64,000 nucleotides of DNA from a bacterium (GCA_963692865.2 OY843592.1:1344001-1408000); one strand, 5' to 3'. Positions 40,594 to 50,954 are shown, numbered from the stretch's first letter. Numbers and translations: made by a program. Notes: generated by a model not told the origin, from the letters alone.

Positions 40594-41379
40594 CTAGAAG
40601 GCGTAGCGCAGGGAAATCCATACGCCGTGGCCGGCGAGGCGCGCGCGCGTTTTGCCGATGAGGATCGAGCGGTCGCTGTCCGGGCGCAGGACGCGGATGT
40701 TCCCCTGATCGGTTTCCACGGCGCCCGAGTCCTCGTAGCGCCAGGCGACGTCCAGGGTGAGCCGCTTGGTGAGCGGTTTTGCGACGCCCGCCGAGACGCT
40801 CCAGGCGAGGTTGATGCTTCGTCCGCCCGGCACGGTGGTCGTCTGCGAGAGGCCCGGAAAACGCATGAGCGTCCGGCCGATGCGGGCGTACGACAGGCCG
40901 CCGCCCAGCCCGATGAACGGGCGCAGGCCGCCGATTCGCGGGAGGTCGAGCCAGGCCGTCAGGATGGCCGAGGTCGTCGAGAGGTCGGCGGTGACGGACT
41001 GGCTGCCCGGGGTATTGCGGTAGTTGGCTTCGCCCTCGAAGGCGAGGTCGGGGCGGTGCGCGACGGCGGCTTCCAGGCGCAGGGAGGGAGCGACGGCGCG
41101 GCCCAGGCCGAGGGCGAAGCCCGCCCCGGCGCCGAAGTCGCCCACAGCCTGCGTCGGATTTCCGTCGTTCCCGGTTCCGCCTCCGTAGAGGGCGGCGACG
41201 TCCTCGCGCGTGGGGTCGACGTCGCGAAAGCGCGTCTCCCGCGTCCAATCGACGCCCAGGGCGGCGCGGACGTAGAAACCCTCCGCTCCGGCTGAGACGC
41301 AGGAGAGCAGGAGGATCGCCGTCAGGATCGGGAGAACGGTCCACCGCTTCGGCGCGGCGGCGGGAGTGCGGTTCGGCAT
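40594..41379 (-). CDS. Outer-membrane beta-barrel protein (opacity/OmpA-like)
   Basis: Signal peptide, GFYV, PFIGLGGG, LDVAWRY, C-terminal LRYAF. Confidence 0.82.
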   Translation of the reverse strand: MPNRTPAAAPKRWTVLPILTAILLLSCVSAGAEGFYVRAALGVDWTRETRFRDVDPTREDVAALYGGGTGNDGNPTQAVGDFGAGAGFALGLGRAVAPSLRLEAAVAHRPDLAFEGEANYRNTPGSQSVTADLSTTSAILTAWLDLPRIGGLRPFIGLGGGLSYARIGRTLMRFPGLSQTTTVPGGRSINLAWSVSAGVAKPLTKRLTLDVAWRYEDSGAVETDQGNIRVLRPDSDRSILIGKTRARLAGHGVWISLRYAF

Positions 41380-41691
41380 GGGAGTTCCCCTCGGGCGCGA
41401 AGGGTTTGCGCGCGGCCCTCGGGGGGCCGCCGTCTTTCGGGAAACTATTACGGACTCCGCCGCCCGTCAATCCGGAGAGGGGGACCGCGCGCCTTCGATG
41501 CGGCGCGCGAGCGCGATGGTTTTGTAGCGGCTGCCCCTCCTTGAGGCTGCCCACAGCCGCGCTGCGGGGGAATCCCTACCGGGGAGCGTTTGACCGGAGG
41601 CGCGCGCTCTATCTATAGTCGCATACGATGTTCATGACGGTCATGAGCGTACGCGAGGTTTCCGAGAGGCCCGCTTCCGGTGGAGATACGC

Positions 41692-41991
41692 ATGACGACG
41701 TATGAACGCCTCAACCTCATCGCCGCCTATTTGAACCTCATCGCCTCCTACGGCGGCCTCGCGCTCATCTACTACGGCATCCGCGAGATGGCCAGGGGCG
41801 CCGACCTGCGCGCCGCCGATTCCCGGCGCAAGCACGACGAGGCGATGACAGAATCCGAGCGCAGGCACAACGAAGCGATGGCCGAATCCCGCCGCCGGGA
41901 AGAGGAAGGCGTCCGCAGGCACGAGGAGGCGATGGCCAGACACGAGGAATCAATGGCGTCCCTGCGCGAGCTCATCGAGCGAACCAGATAA
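41692..41991 (+). CDS. Small TM-anchored coiled-coil protein with RxHxExM repeats
   Basis: GGAG RBS; N-terminal TM; repeats RKHDEAM, RRHNEAM, RRHEEAM, RHEESM. Confidence 0.65.
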   Translation: MTTYERLNLIAAYLNLIASYGGLALIYYGIREMARGADLRAADSRRKHDEAMTESERRHNEAMAESRRREEEGVRRHEEAMARHEESMASLRELIERTR

Positions 41992-42317
41992 TCCGGCCCT
42001 CCCTCGGCTGAAAACCAACCCCCCTGCCCCCTTGTCAGGGGGGTAAAAGCGATACCCTCTGGCGAGGACTTTTTCAACAACCCCGTGTACGGCTCCCGCA
42101 TTCCTCATCACACCGTAGGGGAGCGTTTATGAACGCTCCCACATTCGTGAACGCCCCCTTGCCCGCCGTCCGCGGATGGGTGATGGTCGGCTTCTTGTGA
42201 GGTGGACGCGCCGACCCCGTTACGCCTCTCTTCACTCCACGAGGCGGAAAATAATAAAGCAATATGCTTGTAATTATACAAGCTAATTGCTATATTCTTT
42301 GTGGGGCGGAGAACGCA

Positions 42318-42578
42318 ATGTACGAGTTGACGTTCAAGCGGCAAGCCATCAAGGCCCTGCGAAAAATGCCTGCTCGGGCGGCCTTGCGTATTCGCCATGA
42401 GTTGGACGAGTTGGCGGAAAGCCCAGACAGGCGGGACTCGGATGTCAGCTCGCTAAGAGGACGCCCCGGTTTCAGATTGCGCGTCGGCGAAATGCGAATC
42501 ATTTTCGAGCGAGACGACGATGCCCGCGTCATCGACGTGGTGCGCATCGCTCAGCGCGGTCAGACTTATAAGCGCTAG
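42318..42578 (+). CDS. RelE/ParE-family toxin
   Basis: QAIKALRKMP, LRGRPGFRLRVGEMRIIF, IAQRGQTYK. Confidence 0.88.
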   Translation: MYELTFKRQAIKALRKMPARAALRIRHELDELAESPDRRDSDVSSLRGRPGFRLRVGEMRIIFERDDDARVIDVVRIAQRGQTYKR

Positions 42579-42587
42579 GAGAAGCCC

Positions 42588-42959
42588 ATGAACAAGCCGC
42601 AGGTTATTCTGGACGAGGGCGGCCGGCCCGCGTTCGCCGTCATCCCGTGGCGCGAGTATGAGCGCCTCTCGGACGGGGACGCCGAGGCGCTCCTGAGCGA
42701 TGAGGAACTCTACGATCGCGCCAGGGAGGAGGGGGGCGAGTCCTTTCCCGCCCGAATTGCGGATCGACTCTTGGCCGGTGAAAACCCTGTTCGCGTTTAT
42801 CGTAGTCATCGCGGCATGAAACAGGGCGAGCTGGCCGCCGCAGTCGGCATCCACCCGGTCTACCTCTCTCAAATCGAGACGGGAAAACGCACGGGCTCCG
42901 CGAAGACGCTGGCCGCCATCGCCGGGGCGCTGGGCGTCGCCGTGGACGATCTGCTCTAG
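42588..42959 (+). CDS. XRE/HTH antitoxin
   Basis: GRPAFAVIPWREY, GENPVRVYR, QGELA, YLSQIETGKR; follows the toxin. Confidence 0.88.
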   Translation: MNKPQVILDEGGRPAFAVIPWREYERLSDGDAEALLSDEELYDRAREEGGESFPARIADRLLAGENPVRVYRSHRGMKQGELAAAVGIHPVYLSQIETGKRTGSAKTLAAIAGALGVAVDDLL

Positions 42960-43669
42960 CGAAATGAGCGTTCGCGGAGTTGCTGAAAAACCCCGTATGG
43001 GATCCCTGCAAGTTGATAGTCCGTAGGGACAGGTCGCGACCTGTCCTAGACCCCCGCGCCTGTCCGAGGTCGCGACCTTGGCCCGCTTACAAGAACGGCC
43101 CACTACGAGGCGATTCGGCTTTTTTCGTCATTCCGGTGTCAGACCCGACCAATGCGGGAGGGTTTGCGGAATCCATTTTTAGCCTTTGTTTTTTATTTTC
43201 TGAATGGTTCTTGCCGATGACGAGGAGATAAAAAGCCGGCGTATTGTCATTCCGCTTTTGAATGGATTCCGGCTTTCGCCGGAATGACGACGGTGGTCGA
43301 TTTCGACCGACCGAGGATGACTTTTCCAAAAACCTCACGAACGCCCCACTTTCGCGAACATTTCTGCTTATTGTTTGACGAACAAGATCACAAAAAACGA
43401 CCTCCCGACTACTCCGCCAACGGATTGCGAAGCGGAGAGGACCCCTTGGTCCCTTGTCATCGGGGAGGAACCTTTAGACCATTAAGCAACAATATACTTC
43501 ACCCGGTATACGGGCTCCAGAGGCGGCGCGCATCCCGTAGGGGCAGTTCGCGAACAACCCCTTCGTCTCCATAATCGGTTGTTCCCCTCGACCTTGCCCG
43601 CTGCGCGTGGATGGGCGATAGTCGGCGCTTTCTGGTGTGCGGTTGGTCATTCAAGGAAAGGAAAACGCG

Positions 43670-44386
43670 ATGACGTATTTCTACAAGACCGACGAGATGG
43701 AGAAGAACCTCGCGGGCGCTGCCTACAGCTCGGCGGCGGGCGCGTGGGTGACGGGCGAGCGGCTCATATTCGGCAAGATGCGGATGCCCGCCGGCACGCG
43801 CTCGAGCGCGCACGCCCACGCGAACGAGCAGTTCGGCTACTGCCTCGCCGGCAGCTCCCGCCTGAACATCGAAGGTGACGTGCATGTCCTGACGCCCGGC
43901 GACATCGCCTACCGGCCCGCCAACGCCGTGCACGAGGCCGAGATACTGGGCGATACGGACTACGAGTTCATCGTGGCGAAAGACACCGCGACGACGATAG
44001 AAGGCACGCCCACGGAGATGAAACGGACCGCCGAGCACGTCCCTTACTTCTACGACACCGAGGCGATGGAAAAAGGCCTCGCCGGCGAGGCCTACAGCCC
44101 GACCGAGGGCGTCTGGGTTACGGGCGAGCGAATCATTTTCGGGAAAATGCGCATCCCGCCGGGCGGGAAGGCCGCGCCGCACTCCCACCCCAACGAGCAG
44201 TTCGCCATCGTCTTGTCGGGCGCCTGCCGCGCGACCATCGGCGGCGTGACCGAAACCGTCACCGCGGGCGACATCGTCCACATGCCCGCCGACGTCGTCC
44301 ACTCGGTCGAAATCCTGGGCGATGAGGACTACGTCTTCGTGACGGCCAAGGACACGTCGTGGGGGATTCAGGGGATTAGGGTGTAG
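43670..44386 (+). CDS. Tandem double-cupin protein
   Basis: Two ~115-aa internal repeats with HAHANEQ / HSHPNEQ and PANAVH / PADVVH. Confidence 0.88.
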   Translation: MTYFYKTDEMEKNLAGAAYSSAAGAWVTGERLIFGKMRMPAGTRSSAHAHANEQFGYCLAGSSRLNIEGDVHVLTPGDIAYRPANAVHEAEILGDTDYEFIVAKDTATTIEGTPTEMKRTAEHVPYFYDTEAMEKGLAGEAYSPTEGVWVTGERIIFGKMRIPPGGKAAPHSHPNEQFAIVLSGACRATIGGVTETVTAGDIVHMPADVVHSVEILGDEDYVFVTAKDTSWGIQGIRV

Positions 44387-44414
44387 GGCGGAGAGACTGA
44401 GATTCACGCTACTC

Positions 44415-45320
44415 TTATTTTGGTTTCACTCCTGCGTTTGTCGCGGCTACGATTTTTTTCTGCTTGGTGATATTTGGAGTAGATTTCTTAGTCACCTGAG
44501 CAAGTGCTGCACGCGTAGATACAGCGTCGATATTTGCTTTCACAATTTGGTCGAGTTCGCTCCCGTTAGTATATATAGCCGGGGCCACACAATTAACACG
44601 GCCTTCCGTGTAGTATCGATGTGCTTTGTTTTGGGCACCCCTGGTTTTTGGCTTGTACACTGCTATGGACAAACCACCTTCCTCCTTGACCAATCGAAAA
44701 CAAGGAATATCTGTCTCCCCATCCCCAATGAAGATCATGTTTTCGAACGGTATTGGGCGCTTATGCTTTTCGACAAACTGGTTGACCTTCCCGTCGTCGC
44801 TGAGGTCGTGTGCACCCTTGTTGATGCGGAAGAGGTACTGGGTCTTCGTCGTGTAGTTGATGGCTAACGCTGGCCACTCGGCTACACCATTTTCATCAAA
44901 TATAAACTTTGAGGCGTAGACTTCTTTGAATTTCGATGCGATTTTCGTGCCCGCAAAAATCTCGGCATTACCGGAGGAAATCAGATAATGTTCTACGTTT
45001 ACGCTCTTGGTACGGCCATATTGAGTAATCCGGTCGAACCATTCATCAACGCCTTCAAAGAGCTTAATTCCTTGACCGTGTTTCTTGAAATCTTCTCGCC
45101 GGACAGGAACGCCCGCCGCCGCAGCTTTTCTCAGCATTAAGTTCATGTAGACGAGAACCCCATCGGCTTGGTGCTTCTTGGTCCAACTAGTGACCTCGTC
45201 CCAGAATTTTTTGGGTTTCATGCCGATGTCTGGTATGAACTGGCGTTCCTGCATGTTTCCAGGGGCGAGGGTGCCGTCGAAGTCGTAAGCGATTGCCATG
45301 GAAGTGTTTTTTTTCGGCAT
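44415..45320 (-). CDS. HAD-superfamily hydrolase
   Basis: YDFDGTL, ISSG, NYTTKTQYLFRINKG, IGDGETDIPC; AT-rich. Confidence 0.88.
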   Translation of the reverse strand: MPKKNTSMAIAYDFDGTLAPGNMQERQFIPDIGMKPKKFWDEVTSWTKKHQADGVLVYMNLMLRKAAAAGVPVRREDFKKHGQGIKLFEGVDEWFDRITQYGRTKSVNVEHYLISSGNAEIFAGTKIASKFKEVYASKFIFDENGVAEWPALAINYTTKTQYLFRINKGAHDLSDDGKVNQFVEKHKRPIPFENMIFIGDGETDIPCFRLVKEEGGLSIAVYKPKTRGAQNKAHRYYTEGRVNCVAPAIYTNGSELDQIVKANIDAVSTRAALAQVTKKSTPNITKQKKIVAATNAGVKPK

Positions 45321-45677
45321 TAGTGCACCCCCCTCTTACCTGCCCCGAACAACGAATTTTACGTTACGCTACGTTTCAGACGGATGATGGTCTTGAGTTT
45401 TTCAATCCTTTCATCAAGTTCTTGCTAGATTTCGACCTATCTCACCGCACACCCAGTGGTGACTCAAAAAATATGGATACTCTGCAAAGAGAGTATCCGT
45501 TCGAAGTGAAGATTATTACCACAATATGTGGTGTGGTGGCAATGTATGCCTATCACATATTTAGTTTTTCATATTTTATTTTGCGCTCAATGGTGCGTCC
45601 GTCTAGTATCGGCAATCGATTTGAAAGATGGAACGAATAAAGCTGGAAAAACTACTTACTCATCCGCTCCCCTCGCT

Positions 45678-45935
45678 CTAATTAGCCCTTTTCATCGCCT
45701 GCGCGAAGTCGTAATCCGTCTGTAGGCCATACCACACCTCGGCGCCTCCGCCGAAAGCCTTGTCCAGGCGAATCGCCATCTCGGGCGGTATGCCCGAACG
45801 GCAGTTGACGAGGCTCGATAACTGTTTTCGGCTCACGCCGAGTCTCCGCGCGGCTTCCGTTACGCTTAAAGAAAGCGGGTCCAGGCAGTCATGGCGAATG
45901 GAAGGCCCCGGATGGGGCGGGTTCTTCATGGGCAT
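45678..45935 (-). CDS. HigA-family antitoxin (orphan, C-terminus appears short)
   Basis: [31 protein letters not shown]; no higB upstream. Confidence 0.85.
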   Translation of the reverse strand: MPMKNPPHPGPSIRHDCLDPLSLSVTEAARRLGVSRKQLSSLVNCRSGIPPEMAIRLDKAFGGGAEVWYGLQTDYDFAQAMKRAN

Positions 45936-46051
45936 TTCTCAAATTTCCTCCTGTGACAAACCAAGATAATCATTTCGGCGTTGACTTTACCACGTAACCG
46001 AATTTTTCTTATATTCAATACAAAGGATTGGGACTTGCCCGGTCGACAAGA

Positions 46052-46078
46052 AGGCCCTGGAATTTTCGGGGCTTTTTT
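46052..46078. terminator. Probable intrinsic terminator after pdxH
   Basis: AAGGCCCTG-GAATTTT-CGGGGCTTTTTT hairpin just past the pdxH stop. Confidence 0.55.
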
Positions 46079-46082
46079 GTTT

Positions 46083-46745
46083 CTATGGCCCGAGTCTCTC
46101 GACCCGCCACCCACCGTCCGCCTCCAACGTGTAGCGCACCCTGTCGTGGAGGCGGCTGTCGCGGTGCTGCCAGAATTCCACGCAACGGGGTTTTAAGACA
46201 TAACCGCCCCAGTGGGGGGGACGCGGCACGTCGCGGCCCGCGTATTCGGTTTCCAGTGCGCGCTCGTTTTCTTCTAGGGAGGCGCGGGAGGGGACCACGC
46301 GGCTCTGGGGCGACGCCCACGCGCCTATCCGGCTGGCCCGCGGGCGGGTGGCGAAATAGGCGTCGGAAAACTCTTCGGGCAGTTTTTCTACTGAGCCCTC
46401 CACGCGCACCTGCCGGGCGGGGGGCTTCCAGTGGAAGACGAGGGCGGCCCTCGCGTCGCGCGCAAGCTGCTCGCCCTTGTCGCTCTCATAGTTCGTGAAG
46501 AAGGGAAAGTCGGGCTCCGCGTAGCCGAGATCCGAGAGGTCTTTGTAGAGTACAATCCGCGCCGCGGGCGCGCCGTCCGGCCCCAGCGTGGCGAGCGTCA
46601 TCGCGTCCTCACGGGGGATGCCTGCGCTCTTCGCCTGCGCGTACCAGCGGCGGAATTGCGCGATGGGGTCGCTGTCGACGCTCGCGACGTCGAGGGCTTC
46701 CGCTGCCATCTGTTCGATAAGTTCGTTGTTCAACTCGTTCATCAT
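46083..46745 (-). CDS. pdxH: Pyridoxamine 5'-phosphate oxidase
   Basis: DPIAQF, AMTLAT, RIVLYK, FFTNYES, RQVRVEG, YFATRPRAS, VEFWQ, RLHDR. Confidence 0.95.
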   Translation of the reverse strand: MMNELNNELIEQMAAEALDVASVDSDPIAQFRRWYAQAKSAGIPREDAMTLATLGPDGAPAARIVLYKDLSDLGYAEPDFPFFTNYESDKGEQLARDARAALVFHWKPPARQVRVEGSVEKLPEEFSDAYFATRPRASRIGAWASPQSRVVPSRASLEENERALETEYAGRDVPRPPHWGGYVLKPRCVEFWQHRDSRLHDRVRYTLEADGGWRVERLGP

Positions 46746-46881
46746 TCAATGCTCAATCAGGCGGCGGATTCGGGAGTGTGGAAGAAGTCCCCCGAAAACA
46801 GAGAATGGATTTCTCAATCGCCATACGATTATGAAATGACGCCTTCTTGAGGGTCATCACCAATTCACGAGAGTACAAAGA

Positions 46882-47053
46882 ACCACTCCCCCTTGAGGGG
46901 GAGTCAGTGAGCTAAGGGCGCAAGCCCGCAAGCGAACTGGTGGGGGGAGTTTTTTATTTGTTGAGAATCAATTCATTTTAGAACCATCCCCCCACCGAAT
47001 CGGCCTTCGCCCAAGGGCTCGGCCTCTTCGACTCCCCCTCAAGGGGGGAGTGG
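46882..47053. repeat. CACTCCCCCTTGAGGGGGAGTC-bounded repeat element
   Basis: Inverted termini ACCACTCCCCCTTGAGGGGGAGTC / GACTCCCCCTCAAGGGGGGAGTGGT; related copy at ~61570-61753. Confidence 0.75.
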
Positions 47054-47158
47054 TTGTTGGTTGCTCTATAAGGGGGAGTGATGTCTCCTCCCTCCGCGCT
47101 TGGCTCCATACTTAAAATCACTCAACCAACACTTTTTTAACAGCTCCATTCAGCGACC

Positions 47159-47629
47159 CTATTTCCCCCCCGCCACGCCGACCTGCACGATGCGGGGCTT
47201 GTCCACGCCGGCGGCGCCCACGTACTTGAATGACTTCCCGTCCAGTACGCGCGGCTGAAAGCCCTGGACGACGACCTTCTTCGCTCCGCTCAGGAGCGCG
47301 GCGAAGGGCGCGGCCTGCGACTTGGCCTTGGGGTCGGTGGGGAACTTGAACTTCACGTCCGGGAAATTGGTGAACTCTATCCGGCCCTTCGCATCGCTCA
47401 CCCAGAACTCCGATATCGCCGATTCTTTCGCCACCCCGGCGAGGACGGCGTTGATTTCTTTTTTGCCCATGCCCGCCTTGACGGCCGCCGCGATGAAGTG
47501 CGCCGTCAGCTTGGCCTGCGCGACCATGTGCTTCGAGACGGCGTCGTCCATCGCGCGGGCCGTATTCACGCCGACGCCCAGGGTGAGGCAAAGGCTCAGG
47601 ATCACAGCGGCCAGAATGGTTTTTCTCAT
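47159..47629 (-). CDS. Secreted stand-alone Cache/PDC-like sensor-domain protein
   Basis: Signal peptide, ISEFWVSDAKG, FKYVGAAGVDKPRIVQVG; GGAGAGG RBS. Confidence 0.65.
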   Translation of the reverse strand: MRKTILAAVILSLCLTLGVGVNTARAMDDAVSKHMVAQAKLTAHFIAAAVKAGMGKKEINAVLAGVAKESAISEFWVSDAKGRIEFTNFPDVKFKFPTDPKAKSQAAPFAALLSGAKKVVVQGFQPRVLDGKSFKYVGAAGVDKPRIVQVGVAGGK

Positions 47630-48233
47630 CTTCCTCTCCTCATGGTTTCGGCGAACGCGGGAAGTTTTCCTCGAGATTCCGGCGGATGATACTAGGCGCG
47701 GAAACCAGCGCGCAAGGGAGGTGTTGAAAAAGCTCCCCTGAGGAGGGGGGTGGGGGTCGAACCCGACCGGGGAGGGGTTGTTGAAAAAACCCGTTTCGGA
47801 AGCGGGCGGTATGGAGGTTCACGTGGCGTGGGTGGGCGCGATGGTTTTGTAGCCGGACAACCCCTCCTCGGGGTTGTCCGGCCCTCCGTGGTTGTCCTTC
47901 GTCAGGACAGGCACGGAGGCCTGTCCCTACGGTGAACAATTCAATGATCGGGATTCCCTCCCTCCTCGGTCGGAAGTCACTCCTCGGGAGCGCCCTTCGA
48001 TACGCCGCCTCCGGCGGCTACTCAGGGTGAGGAGAAGGGGGTTTGCGGTCTCGGCGCTGTTCAGGGTGAGGAGAACAAACAACCCCCTCATCCCGAGTAG
48101 GCCCGCAAGGGCCGTATCGAGGGACGCCGGAAAACGACCCCCTGTTCCCCCTTGTCAGGGGGGTAAAAGCGATGCCCCCGACGAGGGGTTTTTTTACCAC
48201 TGCGCAAGGGGGCGGCTCTCCGCCGCTCCGCGC

Positions 48234-48923
48234 TCAGGAACCCTTTTTCATCGCCTGGACGTCGTTCTGCGCGGGGTCGTTGGGGTGCACCCTGTCGGGC
48301 ATGATGTAGGGGGCCTGCATCTCGAAGATGTCCTGCGTGCGGCAGTACCGGGGGCCGCCCAGCCTGCCCACGGGCTGGAGCTTCGCCGGGTCGATGTATG
48401 CCTTCTCCTCGTCGGTGAGTATCAGATCCTCGCGCACGTGCCAGCGCAGCACTTCTCCGATAATGAGGTGCGTCACCCATTCGTCTCCGAAGGGGATCAT
48501 TCTCTCGAAGCGGCACTCCATCGCCACGGGCGCGTCCTTGATGCGCGGCGCGTCCACGAGGTCTGCGGGCACGGTCTCCAGGCCCGCCGCCTCGAACTCG
48601 CTCTCGTCCGGCGCGTAGTTGCCCGCGCAGACGTTCATCGCCTCCTCCCAGCCGTTCACCACCGTGTGGATGACGTAGCCCCTGGTGTCCAGGATGTTGC
48701 GCGCGGTGTCCTTGGGCTTGTTCTCGCGCTCGCCGACGGAAATCGACGCCATCGGCGGCTGGTGCGACACCATGGTGAAGAAGCTGAAAGGCGCGAGGTT
48801 CGGAACGCCGGCCTCGCTCATCGTGCTCACCCAGGCGATGGGCCGAGGGACGACCGAGCCGATGAGCAGGCGATAGATTTGCGAGTGGTCTATCTCGCGG
48901 GCATCGAAGACGCGGTAGTTCAT
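48234..48923 (-). CDS. Flavin reductase family protein
   Basis: VVPRPIAWVST, NLAPFSFF, KDTARNI, SEFEAAGL, PVGRLGG. Confidence 0.92.
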   Translation of the reverse strand: MNYRVFDAREIDHSQIYRLLIGSVVPRPIAWVSTMSEAGVPNLAPFSFFTMVSHQPPMASISVGERENKPKDTARNILDTRGYVIHTVVNGWEEAMNVCAGNYAPDESEFEAAGLETVPADLVDAPRIKDAPVAMECRFERMIPFGDEWVTHLIIGEVLRWHVREDLILTDEEKAYIDPAKLQPVGRLGGPRYCRTQDIFEMQAPYIMPDRVHPNDPAQNDVQAMKKGS

Positions 48924-48932
48924 GTTTTGTCC

Positions 48933-50054
48933 TTACCTCGTGAGGGGGGAGGGCGCGGGTTCGCTCTCGGGGGATTCGAGCCGCGCGGGGTTCGTGTCTT
49001 TTAAGAGCGGCATCACCTCGCGCCCGAAAATCCCGGCTTCCTCCAGATGCGGCCAGCCGGAGAGGATGAAGTTGCGGACGCCCAGGTCGACGTATTCCTT
49101 AAGCGCCGCGGCCAGCATCTCCGGCGTGCCGACCAGCATGGCCGCCGCGCCCGAGCGCACCTTGTTCACGCCCATCCAGAGGGTATCGGTGAGCCAGGGG
49201 GAGCCGCCCTCATACAACTCGTTCATGCGGCGCTGGCCCTCGCTCTCGGAACGGTTCCGCTGGTCGGCCCACATCCCCGTGTTCTCGAGCGCGCTGTCCT
49301 CTAAAAGCGCCTCCGCCGCGCGGCGGGCCTCGCGTTTGCTCTCGCGGCACATCACGTGAAGGCGCAAGCCGAAGCGGAGGTCGCCGCGGCCTGCTTCCTC
49401 CGCGCGGCGGCGCATGTCGGCCGCGTCCTCGGCCACCTGCTCCGGCGCCACCGCCCACATCATGTGAACGTCGGCGTGCTTGGCGCCCACGCGGCGGCCG
49501 GCTTCGGAGCTGCCGCCCAGGAATATCGTGGGATGGGGCTTAGATACCGGCCTGGCGTAGAGCGTGGCGTTCTCGATTTGGTAGTATTCGCCCGAGTAGT
49601 TCACCGGCGCATCGCTCCTCCAGAGCGCCTTCACGACGTCCAGGAACTCCTCCGTCCGCGCGTAGCGCTCCGCGTGGGCGAGGTGATCGCCGTAGCGTTT
49701 CTGATCCACCGGCGTGGAGCCCGTCACCACGTTCACCGTGAGCCGCCCGCCCGTTACGGCGTCATACGTGTTTGCCTGCTGGGCGGTGAGCACGGGGCTG
49801 GCAAGTCCGGGCCGGAAGGCCACGCAGAACTTGATGCGGTCCGTGCGCTCCGCGACGGCCAGGGTGATCATCCAGGCGTCGAGGCAATGCGTGCCCGTCG
49901 GCACGAGCAGGTTCACGAAGCCCGCCGCTTCCGCCGCGCGCGCGACTTCTGAGATATACTCCACCGTCGGGGGACGCTCCGGCGTCTTGGCGTTGATGGT
50001 GTGCCCGTCGCCGTATCTTCCCGTCGGCAGAAACCATGCGTATTCGGTGCTCAT
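48933..50054 (-). CDS. LLM-class flavin monooxygenase (SsuD-like)
   Basis: WFLPT, LVPTG, VAFRPG, GRLTVNVVTG, RYARTEEFL, GGSSEAG, FILSGWPHLEE. Confidence 0.9.
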   Translation of the reverse strand: MSTEYAWFLPTGRYGDGHTINAKTPERPPTVEYISEVARAAEAAGFVNLLVPTGTHCLDAWMITLAVAERTDRIKFCVAFRPGLASPVLTAQQANTYDAVTGGRLTVNVVTGSTPVDQKRYGDHLAHAERYARTEEFLDVVKALWRSDAPVNYSGEYYQIENATLYARPVSKPHPTIFLGGSSEAGRRVGAKHADVHMMWAVAPEQVAEDAADMRRRAEEAGRGDLRFGLRLHVMCRESKREARRAAEALLEDSALENTGMWADQRNRSESEGQRRMNELYEGGSPWLTDTLWMGVNKVRSGAAAMLVGTPEMLAAALKEYVDLGVRNFILSGWPHLEEAGIFGREVMPLLKDTNPARLESPESEPAPSPLTR

Positions 50055-50063
50055 GCGGTTTTT

Positions 50064-50798
50064 CTATCCTTTGCGTCGCTTTGTGGTGGCCCTGCGCGGA
50101 CGACGCCCGCGGGCAACCCGCTTTATCAAGCGTTTAAGCTCTTTCATCTCCAGCCATGGCTGCTTCGCATGGATCATACTGTGGCAATTCGAACACAGTA
50201 AAACCAGATCGTTTAAGCGAGTCACGCTTCCGGGCTTCAAATCGCGCAACGGCTTGGTGTGGTGGCACTCGATGAAGCCTTCGCCTCTTTCTTCTCCATA
50301 CTTTTCCGTGAACTCGAACCCGCACGCTTCACAGACTAGCCGACCACTTTCTCGGCGTACTTTTTCCTTCTTCTTTTGGGCGAGTTTACGGTTTCGCTCT
50401 CGGACGATATGAGACTTGGTAAGAATTTTCCCCTCGGGAGCCTCGGCGATGAAGCCCATCAACTCCGTATCTTGCGCCGGTCCCGACTTTTGATCCGCCT
50501 TGAAATGTTGTTTTATGGTGTTGGCCGTGGAGCTTAGCCTGTCCGGGTCATCGGCGAACTCATCCCACACTTCTTGAACGAGTTTGGAACCCGATTCAAG
50601 ACCTTTGTGATCATTACTAGGATCATGAAAGGCGAAATTCCCTAATCTTGTCCGCACACTACCTTCGGATCTCCTCAAAAGGTTACACAATTCCTTGAAC
50701 TTTTCGGGGTCGCTCTTAAGGGGATTTTCTCCGAGGGAAAAATAGTCATTCAGCGTCAGAATTACTTCATCCCTGGTCCAATTATTTCGTTTGCTCAA
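50064..50798 (-). CDS. HNH endonuclease (McrA-like)
   Basis: WTRDEVIL N-domain, APEG, RERN, CEACGF, IECHH, LCSNCHSMIH; TTG start after GGAGG. Confidence 0.85.
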   Translation of the reverse strand: MSKRNNWTRDEVILTLNDYFSLGENPLKSDPEKFKELCNLLRRSEGSVRTRLGNFAFHDPSNDHKGLESGSKLVQEVWDEFADDPDRLSSTANTIKQHFKADQKSGPAQDTELMGFIAEAPEGKILTKSHIVRERNRKLAQKKKEKVRRESGRLVCEACGFEFTEKYGEERGEGFIECHHTKPLRDLKPGSVTRLNDLVLLCSNCHSMIHAKQPWLEMKELKRLIKRVARGRRPRRATTKRRKG

Positions 50799-50954
50799 GC
50801 CCTTTCCTCCGCTTCGACTCGCTCCCGTTTCAACATCCCGAACGGTCGGCGATCCCCCGCGATGCGGACGGAAAAAGGCGGCCCGCCGCATGGGCCGCCC
50901 GCGCGTCCGCACATCGTTTGCGCCCCTCTCACGAGAGGCGGAAGCATCTTTTTG

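Noticed and set aside
45320-45670. ORF 45293-45640 or a gene remnant upstream of the HAD gene
   Set aside because: No start context or recognisable motif
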